From Zootoca vivipara (Eukaryota), in the NCBI RefSeq assembly GCF_963506605.1, contig NC_083286.1:24118001-24182000 (forward strand): a DNA stretch of 64,000 nucleotides. The letters are read 5' to 3'. Within the stretch, counting starts at the first letter, position 1; the number at the start of each line of letters is the position of its first letter. The position numbers and the translations under genes are program-made. The notes under the pieces were generated by a model that saw only the letters and a list, made by a program, of their open reading frames with translations, searched no databases and was not told the DNA's origin. Positions 62,119 through 64,000 of the stretch are shown one piece after another.

Positions 62119-62739
62119 ATGTAGTCAACTCTTTAACAATGGCACTATGCAATAATAACTACAGTCACATAAATATAATTGTGACTATCTGCTGCATTGC
62201 TAGATATTTTTCAATATATCTCCAAAACTTATTCATAATAGGCATTATCAATTCAAGCTGCTCTTCTTGGTTATTTAAAATATCATCCACCTTTCCACTG
62301 CAGGGTTTTTTGGAAAGAAAGAAAAAAACCCTATTTTCTACACCATTCATTTCAACAACTGCAAGTGATATCAATCCACTATGAAGTTCCCTGTTCCTTT
62401 TCTCTAAGCAAAGCATGCATTTTAAGGTGTTGAAACACATAGCAGGATTTTGTTGAGTGTTTTTTTTACTCTCTGCTGACCTTGAAAGGCAATACTGAAT
62501 GAATGAACTCAAGAGCTCTGTGCAAACATTCAATGTGCATAGAAAGGTTCGCGTTGTGATAAGAAAACTTGAGAACATGCCTGTTGCCCACAACCTCTTC
62601 CATATTCCATAGCTGCATGTTCAAGACTTGATATCTACATGAACCTATGGACATACCTCCCAGTGCACATAGTCTCTCTATGTACAATCTGTATCCTGTA
62701 AAACTGGAGGGCTAGCTCATATGCATCAAGCACTAGGTT

Positions 62740-63200
62740 CATAGTACGTTCAGAGGAAGACTATGAAGATCAGGGCTACAGAAAACAAGTCCTATGAAGA
62801 ACAATTCACATAGGAAGCTTTTTTATATATACTAAGGCAAACCATTGGTCCATTTAGCTCTGAAGACTGACTGGTGGTAGATCTTTGAGATTTCAGGTAT
62901 AGGCTTCTCCCAGCCCCACCTGGAGATGAACCCCAGACCTTTCACATTTAAATCAGATGCTTTATCACTGAGCCTTGACTCTCCTCTGCTGAAAGAGCTA
63001 GACATGCTTAGGCTGGAGAAGATAATAGTGAGATGGAACATGGTAATGTTCTTCAAATATCTTCAAATATGTACCTGCCACGCTGAAGAGAGCAAACAGA
63101 TTCTCTCCTGCCACAGTAGGTAGGACTACCTGTAATCTAAGGGTGTAGGTTTGACTGTACATTAGGAGACACTTCTTGATAGTGAGGGTGGGGTGAATGC
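62740..63200 (+). mobile_element. Degraded CR1 3' fragment with nested minus-strand SINE (about 62808-62975)
   Basis: Remnants VQRKTMKI..NKSYEEQ and LKELDMLRLEK..FKYL flank an inverted tRNA-Ala-type SINE. Confidence 0.55.
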
Positions 63201-64000
63201 TTGAAAAAGCTCAAGCAAAGCTTGGGAAGCCATCTGCTGGGGAGCCCTGATTCCGATTTGAGGGATGTTTAGGATGCATGTGAACTGGCAGCAATACAAG
63301 CACTACTTCAAACACATGGAGGTTAGTTACAGCAAGATGGTGCGCATGATTACTTTCCTGTTCACTATACATTCATCTCTACACAAATCAATCATATCCA
63401 CAGTGCCTGAAGTTGATGTGCCTCCTAATTATTTGCAATGTAGTGCTATACAGTATTCAGTTCATAGGTAATATGATCTCAATTTTATAGCTTTTTGCCA
63501 TAGGTTGATTTGACATCATAAATGAATTTTGTTGCACGCACTGGTTGTGATTGCTTTTTAATTAAAACAACACTTCTAGAAAGACTCATTAGAACATGGA
63601 GAGAAGCACCGTGTGTTATGAGCTTCTTTTAAGACGTTGACAGTTTAATAAGCATTTGTGGCTAAATGTTTCCTAACACTTTGACATCTTTGAGTGGCTA
63701 TATGATTTTCAGGCACTTATGCCATCACCACCAAGCAGTGATACAATAAATAATGTGTCTTCCCCTTTGGTCTTATTCCGGCCAAATCTAATTTGAAGAT
63801 TTAAAATGTGTTTTCCTTGGCATTAAAAATCCAGTTTTATTTACTTCAATTTTTGCTTATTTTCTTAGAACTCAGTCCTGAAAAGGTCCTGGGGAAGGGT
63901 CAAGGGTGGCTCGTGACTGGAGAATATTCTTTGCATGCAGTAGTTCCAGGTTCAGTCCTAGGTAGTTTAGGGGATGTTCCCAGTCTGAAACCTTGGAGAG

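Noticed and set aside
62165-62593. 142-aa minus-strand ORF and other short track ORFs in AT-rich DNA
   Set aside because: No domain motifs or splice structure, consistent with random open frames.

Overview
Vertebrate non-coding DNA (intronic or intergenic), almost certainly from a squamate reptile. A lacertid lizard is likely, inferred from the Sauria SINE, BovB and (CTT)n-tailed CORE-type SINE content. I found no recognisable host-gene exon; every ORF I can assign to a family is transposon-derived. The window is a layered record of mobile elements: CR1, L1, L2, RTE/BovB, Rex1, Penelope, several SINEs, hAT and Tc1/mariner MITEs and three solo LTRs, with many nested insertions resolved by target-site duplications (TSDs). 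Four signals stand out. (1) Three solo LTRs each carry an internal ORF or ORF remnant for an acidic protein with a Pro/Ser-Pro hinge and basic tail, one containing RRSARL. (2) A TSD-bounded 2.1-kb non-autonomous L1-type (HAL1-like) element encodes only a truncated ORF1-like protein, and its 3' UTR holds two sequence-diverged but structurally similar modules of GUGGCA-capped hairpins. (3) Penelope pLTR fragments carry a minimal hammerhead-ribozyme motif. (4) SINEs with different tRNA heads (Lys versus Ile) share one CR1 tail. Family names come from motif recognition, not from database searches.
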